This document shows positions 45,034 through 54,806 of a stretch of DNA of 64,000 bases, piece by piece; the first letter of the stretch is position 1; each line of letters starts with the position of its first letter. The DNA comes from Candidatus Aenigmatarchaeota archaeon (GTDB lineage: Archaea; Aenigmatarchaeota; Aenigmatarchaeia; QMZP01; QMZT01). The notes below the pieces were generated by a model, which was given only the letters and a program-made list of their open reading frames with translations, was not told where the DNA came from and made no database searches. The DNA lies in assembly GCA_041489155.1 (NCBI GenBank), contig JBGPQP010000001.1, forward strand, positions 25,431 to 89,430, read 5' to 3'. Both the position numbers and the translations under genes were made by a program.

Positions 45034-45860
45034 ATCAATGCGTCCACTATGTCTCTTTTAGTTACAATGCCAATAAGCTCTTCTTCATCAGTGACTGGCA
45101 AGCCACCTATATGCATGCTTTTCATGAGGTTTATTACTGAAAACAAGTCAGCATTGAACTGGATTGTGACCAGATCCTTGTTCATAATTTTTTCTATCTT
45201 CGTCTTATCCGTGACTAGAGTATTCAAACTCTTGTTTTTATATAAATGCTTCAGTATATCGATCGGTGTCACAACACCAAGCAGTATGTTGTCTTCCACG
45301 ACTGGCAGCCTCCTAAAACCACCCCTGCACATCATTTTTGCGACATCGTGTATATTGTTGTCTTTCCGTATGAATATTGGCCTTTCCACCATTATTTCGC
45401 TTACCTCTATGCCCACTGGTCTGTTTATTAGTTTGACTAAATCCAATTCGGAGACCACCGATATTATCTTTTTGGAATCAACTATTGGATAAAGACCACT
45501 TCTTTCCATCTTGAAAATTTCAAGCGCTCTGCCTATACTGGTCATGTAATGTATGGTTCTAACGTGTGTTGTCATGAATTTTTCGACTTTAAGTTCTATG
45601 TTTTCCCTGTTTCTCTTGAAAATCTCGTGTTTTTCGCCGCCACCGAGCAATTCCAACAGATCAATTGTTGTAACCATGCCCTTCAGAGATTCCGAATGAT
45701 CGACTACTGGTATTTTTCTTACCCCTTCCGAGAACATGAGCCTCAAAACATCCAAAAGTTTTGTTTTTTCATCAGAAAACACCAATCTTCTTGATGATAT
45801 CTCTGTTACTGTCTTTTTTGTGTCCACAAAGGCTCCGAGAACAACTTTTCTGTTAAGCAT
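45030..45860 (-). CDS. four-CBS-domain protein
   Basis: Four CBS repeats (…VRKIPVVDHSE…, …GLYPIVDSKKIISVVSELDL…, …FRRLPVVEDNILLGVVTPIDIL…, …IGGLPVTDEEELIGIVTKRDIV…). The track ORF extends to 46055, but the upstream part is hydrophobic junk overlapping the opposite-strand gene. The start was chosen at the MLNRKVV Met. Confidence 0.65.
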   Translation of the reverse strand: MLNRKVVLGAFVDTKKTVTEISSRRLVFSDEKTKLLDVLRLMFSEGVRKIPVVDHSESLKGMVTTIDLLELLGGGEKHEIFKRNRENIELKVEKFMTTHVRTIHYMTSIGRALEIFKMERSGLYPIVDSKKIISVVSELDLVKLINRPVGIEVSEIMVERPIFIRKDNNIHDVAKMMCRGGFRRLPVVEDNILLGVVTPIDILKHLYKNKSLNTLVTDKTKIEKIMNKDLVTIQFNADLFSVINLMKSMHIGGLPVTDEEELIGIVTKRDIVDALI

Positions 45861-45909
45861 AACAATCCATGAACATTTTATTTTAATTGGAATGAAATAA
45901 AAAATTATC

Positions 45910-47010
45910 ATGCCGAATTTTAAAGGAGCGCTGAAAACAAAGCTACCAAAAAAATTAGAGGACAGGGTATCTCTGCTGTTTATAATCATTACGCTGCTTT
46001 TGGCTTTTTTTCTTACGTTTTCCATTTCATTTATAGTAGGTAAACCGATTGGCACAGATTTCTGGTTTCACCTTAAAATAGCAGAATCTTACGCGAGAGG
46101 CGAGAACGCGCTCTTCAATGAAGAATTCATGGCCCCCAACAGAGGTCCATATCCACCGCTTTTTCACCTGATGCTGGCATTGTTTGTTACTTCGGGTTTT
46201 ATTTTGCAGATAGCAACTTTTCTGCAGGTAATGTTTTATCCTTTGGCTTTGTTCACATCTGTTTTTCTGGTTTGGAAAAGGATTAATGCGTCTTCAGCGT
46301 CTTTTGTTTCTATTGCCCTCTTTTCATCGGTCGCCTTCTTTGACAGATCTATGCAAGTAATTCCTCAGGCCTTCGACATGATACTCTTTCCGCTTGCAAT
46401 TTATTTTTTTCTCACAAAGAGACGGATATTCTTCCTGATTTCTATGTCGATAATGATATATTCACACGGTGCGTTTGGTTTTCTCCTATTTAGTTCTCTC
46501 GTCTTATACAATTTAAAATACAAAGTTTCAAAGAAAATGATAATAGATGTTCTTGTTGCAACTATTCCAATACTGGTATTAATACTTGTTTTTCTTCCAT
46601 CACAAATCGGTTTGATCAATGACATAAAAAATCCGCAGGAAAAACTTATCAAGGAAAATCCAATATCTTTATTTGTTTATATGGGTATTTTTCCCACATC
46701 AACATTCATAGTTTCATTGATGCATTTTTTTCATAAAAAGAGGAAATTAAGTAAAACGGAAATAATGTCACTTTTGTGGTTAATAGTATTACTGCCGGTG
46801 ATAGTTTTTTACCCAGACAGATTTTGTACCTATGCAGTCGTTCCCGTGTCAATCTTGGCTTCAAAATTTTTGTCAGATATTTCTTTTGCTCATGGTAGAT
46901 GGTTGGGTCTCTTATTACTCGTATTTTCATTTGCAATATCATTGATTACATATTTGAACTGGTGGCAGGTTTTATATGAAACTTCTTCTGTGAGTTTTGA
47001 TATTCATTAA
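45910..47010 (+). CDS. polytopic membrane protein, possibly GT-C-type glycosyltransferase-like
   Basis: About 10 predicted TM helices with a conserved-looking first periplasmic loop (KPIGTDFWFHLKIAESYARGEN). This resembles PMT/ArnT/AglB-like GT-C N-terminal loops only loosely. Confidence 0.4.
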   Translation: MPNFKGALKTKLPKKLEDRVSLLFIIITLLLAFFLTFSISFIVGKPIGTDFWFHLKIAESYARGENALFNEEFMAPNRGPYPPLFHLMLALFVTSGFILQIATFLQVMFYPLALFTSVFLVWKRINASSASFVSIALFSSVAFFDRSMQVIPQAFDMILFPLAIYFFLTKRRIFFLISMSIMIYSHGAFGFLLFSSLVLYNLKYKVSKKMIIDVLVATIPILVLILVFLPSQIGLINDIKNPQEKLIKENPISLFVYMGIFPTSTFIVSLMHFFHKKRKLSKTEIMSLLWLIVLLPVIVFYPDRFCTYAVVPVSILASKFLSDISFAHGRWLGLLLLVFSFAISLITYLNWWQVLYETSSVSFDIH

Positions 47011-47032
47011 TAAGAATGGATAAATTATAACT

Positions 47033-48412
47033 ATGAAAAATGTACTTGAAAAGGTTCTTAAAAAAATAGTGCCAAGCAAGAATGAGATAGAAGAATTTTC
47101 TAGAATACTGAAAGACGTTCTGCATGCCGCCGACATGGTTTTGAAGCCTCTGAAGCTTGAAAAAACAATCGCCGGTTCATTCATACGTGATACGTGGCTT
47201 GCTGACAAGCGTGAGCTGGATCTTTTCATAATGTTTCCTGTTTCATATTCGCGCGAAAGACTTGAGAAGGTTGGCATAAAGATTGGCAAAAAAATCATGA
47301 AAAAACTAAATGGCAGATACGAGATAGCCTATGCTGAACATCCGTATGTTAAGGGGTGGTTCAGAGGCTTCATGTTAGATATAGTTCCATGTTATAAAGT
47401 CGAATCAGCTTCAAAAATAAAATCTGCTGTCGATAGAACGCCTTTCCATAACAAATACATTATTGAAAATCTGAAACCGAAAATGGCAAACGAGGTCCGT
47501 CTTCTTAAACAATTCTGCAAGGCGATGGGGGTTTATGGCTCTGACGTAAGAACCCAGGGATTTTCGGGTTACCTATGCGAACTGCTGATAATAAAATACA
47601 AAACTTTCAAAAATTTGTTGATTGAAGCTAAAAAATGGGAATTCGGCATTTTTATAGATTTGGAGAACCACTGCAAATTCGACTATCCTACCGAACAATT
47701 TAAAGGCCAGCCATTGATTGTTATAGACCCAACAGACCCAAAAAGAAATGTTGCTGCTGCCCTCTCAGACGATAATTTCATGAAATTCATTGAAACCTCT
47801 GGGGAGTTTATTAAAAACCCATCTACAAAGTTTTTCGAAATAGACAAGACTGCACTTAAAGGAATTCTGTTAAAAAAATATTTGAAAAAAAGAGGTACGG
47901 AGTTTTTTGTGATAGAGTTCAAAAGACCGGAAATTGTTGATGATATATTATGGTCCCAGATGAGGAAAACTTCAGTTAGAATGGCCAATCTTTTGGGAGA
48001 AAACGAATTCGAAATTTTCAAAAAAGAGGTATGGAGTGATGAAAAACGTTCTTATCTATTATTCGAGATGAAGGTGTGGAAACTGCCAGAAATAAGAAAG
48101 GTTATGGGGCCACCCGTCGGTTCGCAGAAACACGCAGATGAATTTAAAAAGAAATATGCAAGTAGTGCTTACATAGAAGGAGATAGATGGGCAGCCGAAG
48201 TTAAGAGAAAAAACAGGGACTGCGCTTTACTTTTTAAAAAATTCCTAAAAAAACCTAGTAAAAAATTGCAGAACGAAGGGGTAAGATCTTATATTGCAAA
48301 GAGCATTTCTAACGGTTTTAAAATTCTTGGAAGCAAAAAAATTGAAGAGTTGATTGCAAAAAATAAAGATTTTGCTGTTTTTCTCAAAAAATATTTTGAG
48401 AGGAAATTATGA
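47033..48412 (+). CDS. cca: CCA-adding enzyme (archaeal class I tRNA nucleotidyltransferase)
   Basis: N-terminal nucleotidyltransferase signature AGSFIRDTWLADKRELDLFIMF (GS…R.T.L…D.D); ~459 aa, typical for archaeal CCA enzymes. Confidence 0.8.
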   Translation: MKNVLEKVLKKIVPSKNEIEEFSRILKDVLHAADMVLKPLKLEKTIAGSFIRDTWLADKRELDLFIMFPVSYSRERLEKVGIKIGKKIMKKLNGRYEIAYAEHPYVKGWFRGFMLDIVPCYKVESASKIKSAVDRTPFHNKYIIENLKPKMANEVRLLKQFCKAMGVYGSDVRTQGFSGYLCELLIIKYKTFKNLLIEAKKWEFGIFIDLENHCKFDYPTEQFKGQPLIVIDPTDPKRNVAAALSDDNFMKFIETSGEFIKNPSTKFFEIDKTALKGILLKKYLKKRGTEFFVIEFKRPEIVDDILWSQMRKTSVRMANLLGENEFEIFKKEVWSDEKRSYLLFEMKVWKLPEIRKVMGPPVGSQKHADEFKKKYASSAYIEGDRWAAEVKRKNRDCALLFKKFLKKPSKKLQNEGVRSYIAKSISNGFKILGSKKIEELIAKNKDFAVFLKKYFERKL

Positions 48413-48876
48413 ATATTCTGTTTCATTTTCTCTTGAATTATCTTTTCGTTGATTTGTTTTTTGGAAATGCCTGGAATTACTTAATTGCCATATTTGTCTT
48501 TTCCGTGCTGATTGATATCACCCATTTGCCATATCTTTTCAAGTTCGGAAAGAACGTCGTTAAAAAAAGATTCGGCTCGGAGGCGAGAACGAGATTTCAT
48601 GAAATATATGGCTTGACTCTGTTTTCAGCGATTGGCTGCCTGCTTTATTTCTTCTTTGATCAGATGATAGTGGAAATGGCCGTATTGTGCGTGATCCTGC
48701 ATTTTGCAGTGGATTTCGTGGCAGGAAAATCCATGCCTTTTTACCCATACTCCAGAACCGAGATTTTTCTTGGCGTATCACCTTATGGGTACAGAAACAA
48801 GATAATTTTTGAAATTGTTTCTACTGTTTTGGTGGGGGTGTTATTCTGGTTCAATACAGCAAGCCTTCTTTTATGA
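48409..48876 (+). CDS. small integral membrane protein (possibly membrane-bound metal-dependent hydrolase-like)
   Basis: Four or five TM helices with conserved-looking His/Asp positions (LIDITHLPY, LHFAVDFVAG). Translationally coupled on both sides (ATGA overlaps with cca and the next gene). Confidence 0.4.
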   Translation: MNILFHFLLNYLFVDLFFGNAWNYLIAIFVFSVLIDITHLPYLFKFGKNVVKKRFGSEARTRFHEIYGLTLFSAIGCLLYFFFDQMIVEMAVLCVILHFAVDFVAGKSMPFYPYSRTEIFLGVSPYGYRNKIIFEIVSTVLVGVLFWFNTASLLL

Positions 48877-49301
48877 AAAAAATGCGAAACTACACGGACA
48901 AAATTGGTTTGAAGCTACCATTGCCAGATGTGAATCCCAATATGCTTTCAGGGCTGTCCGTAATAACTTCTTTTATTTTTCTCTTGACAATAAAATTCTC
49001 GTTTATACTTTCTCTGGTGATTTTACTAACAACGCTTTTGCTCGACTGGTTTGACGGCATAGTTGCAAGAAAATTCGGCCATGCCTCCGAGGGGGGACAT
49101 ATAGTTGATGTTGCGAGCGACAGGTTCTCTGAGGGGCTGTTTTTTGTGGCTCCAGCTTTCTTTTTTCCATGGTTCTACTTGTTCACCCTTAACTGTGCAC
49201 TTTCGCTTCTCTCTATAAAGAGGAAAAGGCATGTGATACTCCCCCTGAGGCACGTTTTTTTCGTGTTTTGCGTGTTTATTCTGCTCTTTGGCGGTAGGTG
49301 A
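48873..49301 (+). CDS. minimal CDP-alcohol phosphatidyltransferase family protein
   Basis: Complete signature D-x2-D-G-x2-A-R-x8-G-x3-D-x3-D in LLLDWFDGIVARKFGHASEGGHIVDVASD. Only 142 aa, shorter than typical family members. Confidence 0.7.
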   Translation: MKKMRNYTDKIGLKLPLPDVNPNMLSGLSVITSFIFLLTIKFSFILSLVILLTTLLLDWFDGIVARKFGHASEGGHIVDVASDRFSEGLFFVAPAFFFPWFYLFTLNCALSLLSIKRKRHVILPLRHVFFVFCVFILLFGGR

Positions 49302-49372
49302 ATATTTAAATACCTTATCTGACAAGAATAAAGAATTACAGCCGTGTACTGCGTAAGCAGGAGGTTGCCATA

Positions 49373-50005
49373 ATGGAAGAATTTTTGAAGGAAATAAAGG
49401 AAGCCAAAGAAAAGGCAAAAAAAAGGAAATTTGTCCAAACTTGGGACCTAATTATCAACCTAAAGAATCTAGACCTGAAAAAACCGGAGAACAAGCTTAA
49501 CCTCGAATTCGCTCTACCAGAAGGTAAGGGCAAAGAATCGAAATTCTTGTTCATAGCCGACATGCTTCTCTCCGAAGCAAATAAGACCGGAGGCATGGTC
49601 ATAGTTAAGAACGATCTTGAGACTTTGGGGAGAGACAAGAAAAGATTGAAAAAATTCGCTGACGAATACGAATGGTGGTTTTGCGAGGCGCCACTTATGC
49701 CTATTGTGGGCAAAACGCTCGGTGTGGTGCTGGGTCCACGCGGCAAGATGCCAAAGCCCATTCCACCGAAGGGAAGTTTACAGCCCTTCGTAGAAATGTC
49801 CAAAAGAATGATTAAAATAAGAATCAAGGATTCGCCGGTAATTCACGTCGCAATTGGAAGGGAGGACATGAAAGAGGAGCAAATAATGAAGAATGCAATT
49901 GCCGTCATGAACTTCGTAAAGGAAAAGCTTCCAAAGGGTAATATGAACATAAAGAATGCTTATGTTAAATTAACGATGGGACCGCCGATTAAACTCAAGG
50001 TGTAA
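49373..50005 (+). CDS. rpl1: 50S ribosomal protein L1
   Basis: …RKFVQTWDLIINLKNLDLKKPENKLNLEFALPEGKG… and the downstream GKTLGVVLGPRGKMP block typical of L1. It is followed by P0 and P1, as in the archaeal L1-L10-L12 operon. Confidence 0.9.
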   Translation: MEEFLKEIKEAKEKAKKRKFVQTWDLIINLKNLDLKKPENKLNLEFALPEGKGKESKFLFIADMLLSEANKTGGMVIVKNDLETLGRDKKRLKKFADEYEWWFCEAPLMPIVGKTLGVVLGPRGKMPKPIPPKGSLQPFVEMSKRMIKIRIKDSPVIHVAIGREDMKEEQIMKNAIAVMNFVKEKLPKGNMNIKNAYVKLTMGPPIKLKV

Positions 50006-50007
50006 AT

Positions 50008-50832
50008 ATGGTTTCGGAAATTAAAAAACAAGCCGTCAAGCAACTGAGCAAAGAAATGAAAGAGTACTCGGTAATAGGATTGCTGGACATGCACAAGTTG
50101 CCCGCCAAGCAGCTTCAGGAATTGAGGGACAGCCTTAGGGGGAAGGCTACAATAAAGGTCACGAAGAAAAATGTGATCAAACTTGCGATAGAAAATTCAG
50201 GCATAGGTGGACTTGGCAAGCTTGAAGACTTGATGAAAAGCCAGCCTGCCTTGTTACTTAGCAATGTTGATCCATTCGAGCTTGCAAGAATCATAGAATC
50301 ATCCAAATCTTCGGCCCCTGCGAAACCGGGTGACATCGCCAACAAAAAAATAATGATTCCGGCAGGTCCGACTAGCCTTAAACCAGGACCGGTAATAGGC
50401 GAATTACAGAGGGTGAAATTACCAGCAGGCGTTGAGGGGGATAAAATAGTGATAAAAAAAGACACTGTGATTGTGAAGGAAGGGGAAACGATAACAAAGC
50501 CAGTTGCTGATGTGCTGATGAAACTCGGTGTCGAGCCAGTGGAAATATCGCTCAATCTCCTTGCAGCATACGACAGAGGGATGATATACAATAAAGAACT
50601 GCTGTTCATACCGAGGGAGAAATACGTAAATGATGTCGTGAATGCTTACAGAAATGCACTGGGTCTAGCCTTGGGTATTGGGCTTTCAACACCCGAAACG
50701 TTGCCGATATTAATAACAAAAGCACAGAGGGAGGCGATGAGCATCGCATCGAAAGTTAATTTGCCGAGCGAGTCGCCTATTATGGCAGAAGAAGCTGATG
50801 TTAATAAAAAACCAGAGGAGGAGTCAGAATGA
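50008..50832 (+). CDS. rplP0: 50S ribosomal stalk protein P0 (L10e)
   Basis: Conserved N-terminal domain (…VIGLLDMHKLPAKQLQELRDSLRG…), L10 core, and an acidic C-terminal tail with …EEADVNKKPEEESE. Confidence 0.9.
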   Translation: MVSEIKKQAVKQLSKEMKEYSVIGLLDMHKLPAKQLQELRDSLRGKATIKVTKKNVIKLAIENSGIGGLGKLEDLMKSQPALLLSNVDPFELARIIESSKSSAPAKPGDIANKKIMIPAGPTSLKPGPVIGELQRVKLPAGVEGDKIVIKKDTVIVKEGETITKPVADVLMKLGVEPVEISLNLLAAYDRGMIYNKELLFIPREKYVNDVVNAYRNALGLALGIGLSTPETLPILITKAQREAMSIASKVNLPSESPIMAEEADVNKKPEEESE

Positions 50833-51131
50833 AAATGATATATGCAGCCTTGCTCCTTCACTCTCTTGGAAAGGAAGTCGACGAAACTGGCATAAAGCAT
50901 GTGATGGAAGCAGCAGGTGCCAGCGTCGATCACGCAGAGCTTAAGGCGCTAGTGTCGAACCTGAAGAGCGTGAACATAGACGAAGCGATAAAAAACGCAT
51001 CGCTCATGCAGGCAGCACCGGTAGCATCTGAAAAACCAGCAGAGGAGAAGGCTGAAGGCAAAAAAGAAGAAAAGGCAGATGAAGAGAAAGCAGAAGAAGC
51101 TGCAGCGGGGCTTAGCGCGCTTTTTGGTTAA
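50829..51131 (+). CDS. rpl12: 50S ribosomal stalk protein P1 (L12e)
   Basis: MKMIYAALLLHSLGKEVDE… N-terminal dimerisation domain, Ala/Glu/Lys-rich hinge, and the C-terminal …AAAGLSALFG. Confidence 0.85.
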   Translation: MKMIYAALLLHSLGKEVDETGIKHVMEAAGASVDHAELKALVSNLKSVNIDEAIKNASLMQAAPVASEKPAEEKAEGKKEEKADEEKAEEAAAGLSALFG

Positions 51132-51263
51132 TTCATTTTGATCTCTTAGGAAAAGCGCGGCCCTTTCCTAATTCTGAAAATGTTAAAAGGTTTGCAGAAG
51201 GAATATTGCATGTGGGTCGGAATTCCACGTTAATTTAAGCAGTCGATTAGAAAATAATAAATT

Positions 51264-54098
51264 ATGAAACCGGATAAGGAAATTAAAAAGGAGTTTCGCC
51301 CGAAGTTCTGGGCGCATCCCGAGAAATATTATGCGACCGAGGTTTTGAAAGATGAAGGTTTTTCGAGAAAAATTTGTGTTAAGTGCAAAAAACCTTTCTG
51401 GTCAACGGATATTGAAAGAAAGGTTTGCGGGGACCCTTCATGCAGCGGTGAAGGCTTCGCCTTCATAGGCAATTCGCCTGCGAAAAGGAAGCTGGGTTAT
51501 GTTGAAGTCTGGCAGGATTTCTCAAGGATGTTCAAAGGCTTAGGATACACGCCGATAAACAGATACCCTGTTGTGGCGAGATGGAATCCGACCATGGATT
51601 ACGTAAATGCTTCCATCGCTGCATTTCAGCCTTACGTTATTTCTGGTGAGGTCGAACCACCGGCGAATCCGCTGGTAATCCCTCAGTTCTGTCTCAGGTT
51701 TAATGATATAGATAATGTAGGTATTACCCAATCGCATAACACCGGCTTCGTTATGATCGGCCAGCACATGTTTGTAAAACCGATGCAGTGGGATCAGAAC
51801 AGGGTATTCAGAGACATACATACATGGCTGAAGAAGGGTCTTGGCTTGCAGAACTCCGATATAATATTTCATGAGGATGCATGGGCAGGAGGGGGAAACT
51901 TCGGGCCCTGCATGGAATTTTTTTCAAAGGGATGCGAGCTGGGAAACCAGGTTTACATGCTCTACGAACAAACGCCTTCTGGCAACAGGGACCTGAGCAT
52001 AAAAGTTCTTGACATGGGAATGGGGCAGGAAAGAAATGCCTGGTTTTCGCAAGGTTGCGAGACGATTTATGATGCATCATTTCCGCACGTAATTGAAAAA
52101 CTTTTATCATTAACTGGCTTGAAAGTCGACAATGACCTTATGAGAAAATACATTCATCATGCTGGCCTTCTGAATCTGGATGAAACTGAAAATATAGAAA
52201 AGGCATGGAAGACCGTGGCGAAATTGGTAGGAGCGGATGTTGATTTTTTGAGGAACTTCATACTTCCCCTATCCGGCGTCTATTCAATTGCAGAGCACAT
52301 GAGAACGCTCCTATTTGCACTGGCTGACGGCGGTCTTCCTAGCAACGTGGGAGGCGGCTATAATCTCAGGGTAGTTGCCAGAAGGGCTATGATGTTCAAA
52401 AGCAGATACGGATGGGAAATCGATTTCACAAAGGTTTGTGAATGGCATGCAAGTTACCTAAAGCCAATTTTCCCAGAACTTTCAGAAAACATAGAAGACG
52501 TTAAAAAAATAATAGAGGTTGAGGAAAGGAAATACGAAAATACGAGAAGGAACTCTATAGCCATCGTCGGCAAACTGATTGAAAAAGGCGTGAACGAGCA
52601 TGACCTTGTAAGACTTTATGACAGTCATGGCATACCACCAGAGATAATAAAAATGGAGTTCGAGGAACGAGGGAAAAAATTGATGGTGCCGGATGACTTC
52701 TATTCAAAAGTCTCGGCACTTCATGAAAAAACGAAACAGGAAACTGAAACTGAAAGATCAGAGAAACTACCGCTTGATGGAATCCCTGATACCATAAATC
52801 TTTATTTTGGCGACTACAAGAAGCTTGGGTTCGAGGCTAAAGTTCTCAAGGCCGGTAGTGATTTTGTAGTTCTTGACCAGACAGCTTTTTATCCGACATC
52901 GGGCGGACAACTGCATGACATCGGTGAAATAAGCGGCAGGGTGGTGGATGACGTATTCAAACAGGGCGGCATCATAGTTCACAAGGTTGAGAAGGGTCAT
53001 GGTTTAAAGGAAGGTGCTGAAGTTGTCGGGAAGGTTAACTTGCAGAGACGATTAAAGCTTTCGCAACAGCACACTGCAGCGCATATAATCAATGCAGCAG
53101 CAAGAAAGGTATTAGGTAATCATGTTAATCAGGCAGGTGCAAAAAAAACCGAGGATAAATCCCATCTGGACATAACCCATTATCAGCCACTGGGCACGGA
53201 AGAAATCAGAAGGATAGAAGAAATCTCCAACAAAATGGTGCAGGATGAAATAAAGGTTGAGAAGCTTCTGATGCCGAGAAACGATGCTGAAAAGAGATTC
53301 GGCATGAGAATATACCAAGGTGGCGCAGTTCCGGGCAAGCTTTTAAGGATAGTTAACATTCCGGGGATAGATGTTGAGGCATGCGGTGGAACCCATTTAA
53401 ACAACACGAAAGAAGTCGGAAATATCAAGATATTAAAAACCACTAAAATACAAGACGGGATCGATAGAATAGAATTCACAGTCGGCGAAGAGGCCGGTAA
53501 AATATCAGAAAGGGAAGGGAGAATTTTCGATGAAGTTGTACTTAATGTGAAAAAATTCGCTGCATTTGATTATGACAAGGCTTCTTCTAAACAATTAAGA
53601 GATTGCGCAGAGTTCTTTTCTGTTCCAGTGGAACAAGTTGGCAAAACAACCAAAAAATTCGCCGAGGAGGCAGAGAATTACAGCAAGAAGACCGGGAAGC
53701 GGATAGTCAAAAGAAAGGCCAAAAACATGAAAGAAGCATGCGAAATTCTGTTTGAAACATGGAAAGACCTGAAGAAGGAATCTGAAAGAATGTCGAAGGA
53801 TATAGCTGATTCCAGAATAGAAGATCTTGTTGGCAAAGCCAAAAATAATGAAATTTTCGAGATTGTTGATATGGGAAGGGAAGATATGATAAATCTCTGC
53901 GATTTGCTCGTCACGCAAGATCCAGAGCTAACCGTGATTCTGGTGAACAAGGGTGGCGATGTAGTTGGCATGAGCGAAAAAAAAGACATATCAAAGGCTG
54001 TCAAACATCTGTGCGAAAAATTCTCCGGATGCGGCGGCGGAAGGGGGAGATTAGCGCAAGGTAAATTGGACCCGGAAAGGCTAGAAAGCAAAGAATAA
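51264..54098 (+). CDS. alaS: alanyl-tRNA synthetase (archaeal type)
   Basis: Class II core (FLNLDE… FHEDAWAGGGNFGPCMEFF, GMGQER), editing-domain zinc motifs HTAAHIINAA and CGGTHL, a C-terminal DHHA1-like region; 944 aa. Confidence 0.9.
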   Translation: MKPDKEIKKEFRPKFWAHPEKYYATEVLKDEGFSRKICVKCKKPFWSTDIERKVCGDPSCSGEGFAFIGNSPAKRKLGYVEVWQDFSRMFKGLGYTPINRYPVVARWNPTMDYVNASIAAFQPYVISGEVEPPANPLVIPQFCLRFNDIDNVGITQSHNTGFVMIGQHMFVKPMQWDQNRVFRDIHTWLKKGLGLQNSDIIFHEDAWAGGGNFGPCMEFFSKGCELGNQVYMLYEQTPSGNRDLSIKVLDMGMGQERNAWFSQGCETIYDASFPHVIEKLLSLTGLKVDNDLMRKYIHHAGLLNLDETENIEKAWKTVAKLVGADVDFLRNFILPLSGVYSIAEHMRTLLFALADGGLPSNVGGGYNLRVVARRAMMFKSRYGWEIDFTKVCEWHASYLKPIFPELSENIEDVKKIIEVEERKYENTRRNSIAIVGKLIEKGVNEHDLVRLYDSHGIPPEIIKMEFEERGKKLMVPDDFYSKVSALHEKTKQETETERSEKLPLDGIPDTINLYFGDYKKLGFEAKVLKAGSDFVVLDQTAFYPTSGGQLHDIGEISGRVVDDVFKQGGIIVHKVEKGHGLKEGAEVVGKVNLQRRLKLSQQHTAAHIINAAARKVLGNHVNQAGAKKTEDKSHLDITHYQPLGTEEIRRIEEISNKMVQDEIKVEKLLMPRNDAEKRFGMRIYQGGAVPGKLLRIVNIPGIDVEACGGTHLNNTKEVGNIKILKTTKIQDGIDRIEFTVGEEAGKISEREGRIFDEVVLNVKKFAAFDYDKASSKQLRDCAEFFSVPVEQVGKTTKKFAEEAENYSKKTGKRIVKRKAKNMKEACEILFETWKDLKKESERMSKDIADSRIEDLVGKAKNNEIFEIVDMGREDMINLCDLLVTQDPELTVILVNKGGDVVGMSEKKDISKAVKHLCEKFSGCGGGRGRLAQGKLDPERLESKE

Positions 54099-54153
54099 TA
54101 GAAATATGTTATTTTTTCAATTAAAATTAAGAAATGCCCAGATGCTTTTTATT

Positions 54154-54594
54154 TTAAGCGCCTGGACAATAGACGCTTATCGACTGTGCTCTGCCTGAAA
54201 CAATCATGTCATATGAGCATGTTCTCGGACAATCAGTTGAGCAGCATGCCGTGTTTATTGTCACTTTTGCATAGCCGCCTGAGTTTATTAACGTTTTTTC
54301 AGTCGTCGTGCATGTTGTTTGGTTCAGCTCACACCAGTCCAGTTGCGTATCGCTCAGGGCGGTACTGCCTAACATCACCAGTATGTCGTTTCTTATGTTT
54401 ATCGACTGCGTCCCTATGTTGTGCAGTATCGCCATTACGTTCTGGCCGTTGGGGCATTTTTGTGTCGGGATTTCCACAACCTTCGCTGTCAGCGACGTGA
54501 AGTAGTTGCTCATGTATGTCCATGCAGCTGATGCCAAGCCGACTGTTATCAGCAAAAGTATTATTACCGATATTATTGGCGTTATACCCTTCAT
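54154..54594 (-). CDS. class III signal peptide protein (pilin-like), Cys-rich mature domain
   Basis: MKGITPIISVIILLLITVGLASAAW has the K-G|I-T-P-I-I-S site. The mature domain carries 10 Cys (…CPNGQ…, DWCELNQTTCTTT…, TACCSTDCPRTCSY…, YCPGA), suggesting disulfide-stabilised folding. Confidence 0.7.
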   Translation of the reverse strand: MKGITPIISVIILLLITVGLASAAWTYMSNYFTSLTAKVVEIPTQKCPNGQNVMAILHNIGTQSINIRNDILVMLGSTALSDTQLDWCELNQTTCTTTEKTLINSGGYAKVTINTACCSTDCPRTCSYDMIVSGRAQSISVYCPGA

Positions 54595-54806
54595 TTTTTT
54601 GACCTCCCTAATTGATCTTGAATCTGGCTTAGTATCGACATTATAGCCAGCAGGATTATGCCTATCACTATTAATATTAGCGATATTATTGTATTCTGCG
54701 GGTCAAGGAAACCGACAGATAGTAGCATAAAAAAGCTTAAGGCTAACACTATGCTTACTACGATCGTCCCTCCCTGTATTATCAGGTATTTCTTCATGCC
54801 AGTCAC
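54591..54806 (-). CDS. small two-TM membrane protein (71 aa)
   Basis: Two hydrophobic helices (TIVVSIVLALSFFMLLSVGFL, IISLILIVIGIILLAIMSIL). 4 nt overlaps with both neighbours (operon). Confidence 0.45.
   Translation of the reverse strand: MTGMKKYLIIQGGTIVVSIVLALSFFMLLSVGFLDPQNTIISLILIVIGIILLAIMSILSQIQDQLGRSKK

Noticed and set aside
48409-48876. Possibility that the 155 aa membrane protein is the missing prepilin peptidase
   Set aside because: It has Asp residues in two TM segments, but the second does not sit in a GxGD/GxHD context and the protein is too short for an A24 peptidase. More likely a DUF457-like membrane hydrolase or an unrelated small membrane protein.
49302-49372. L1 leader as an autoregulatory L1-binding mRNA site
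   Set aside because: Archaeal L1 regulatory sites mimic the 23S rRNA L1-binding helix, and I could not recognise that motif by eye in this 70 nt leader. Left unannotated.
51132-51263. Hairpin aggaaaagcgcggccctttcct after the P1 gene as a possible terminator or regulatory RNA element
   Set aside because: The stem is imperfect and is not followed by a T-tract. It sits in a plausible promoter region for alaS. Too weak to call.
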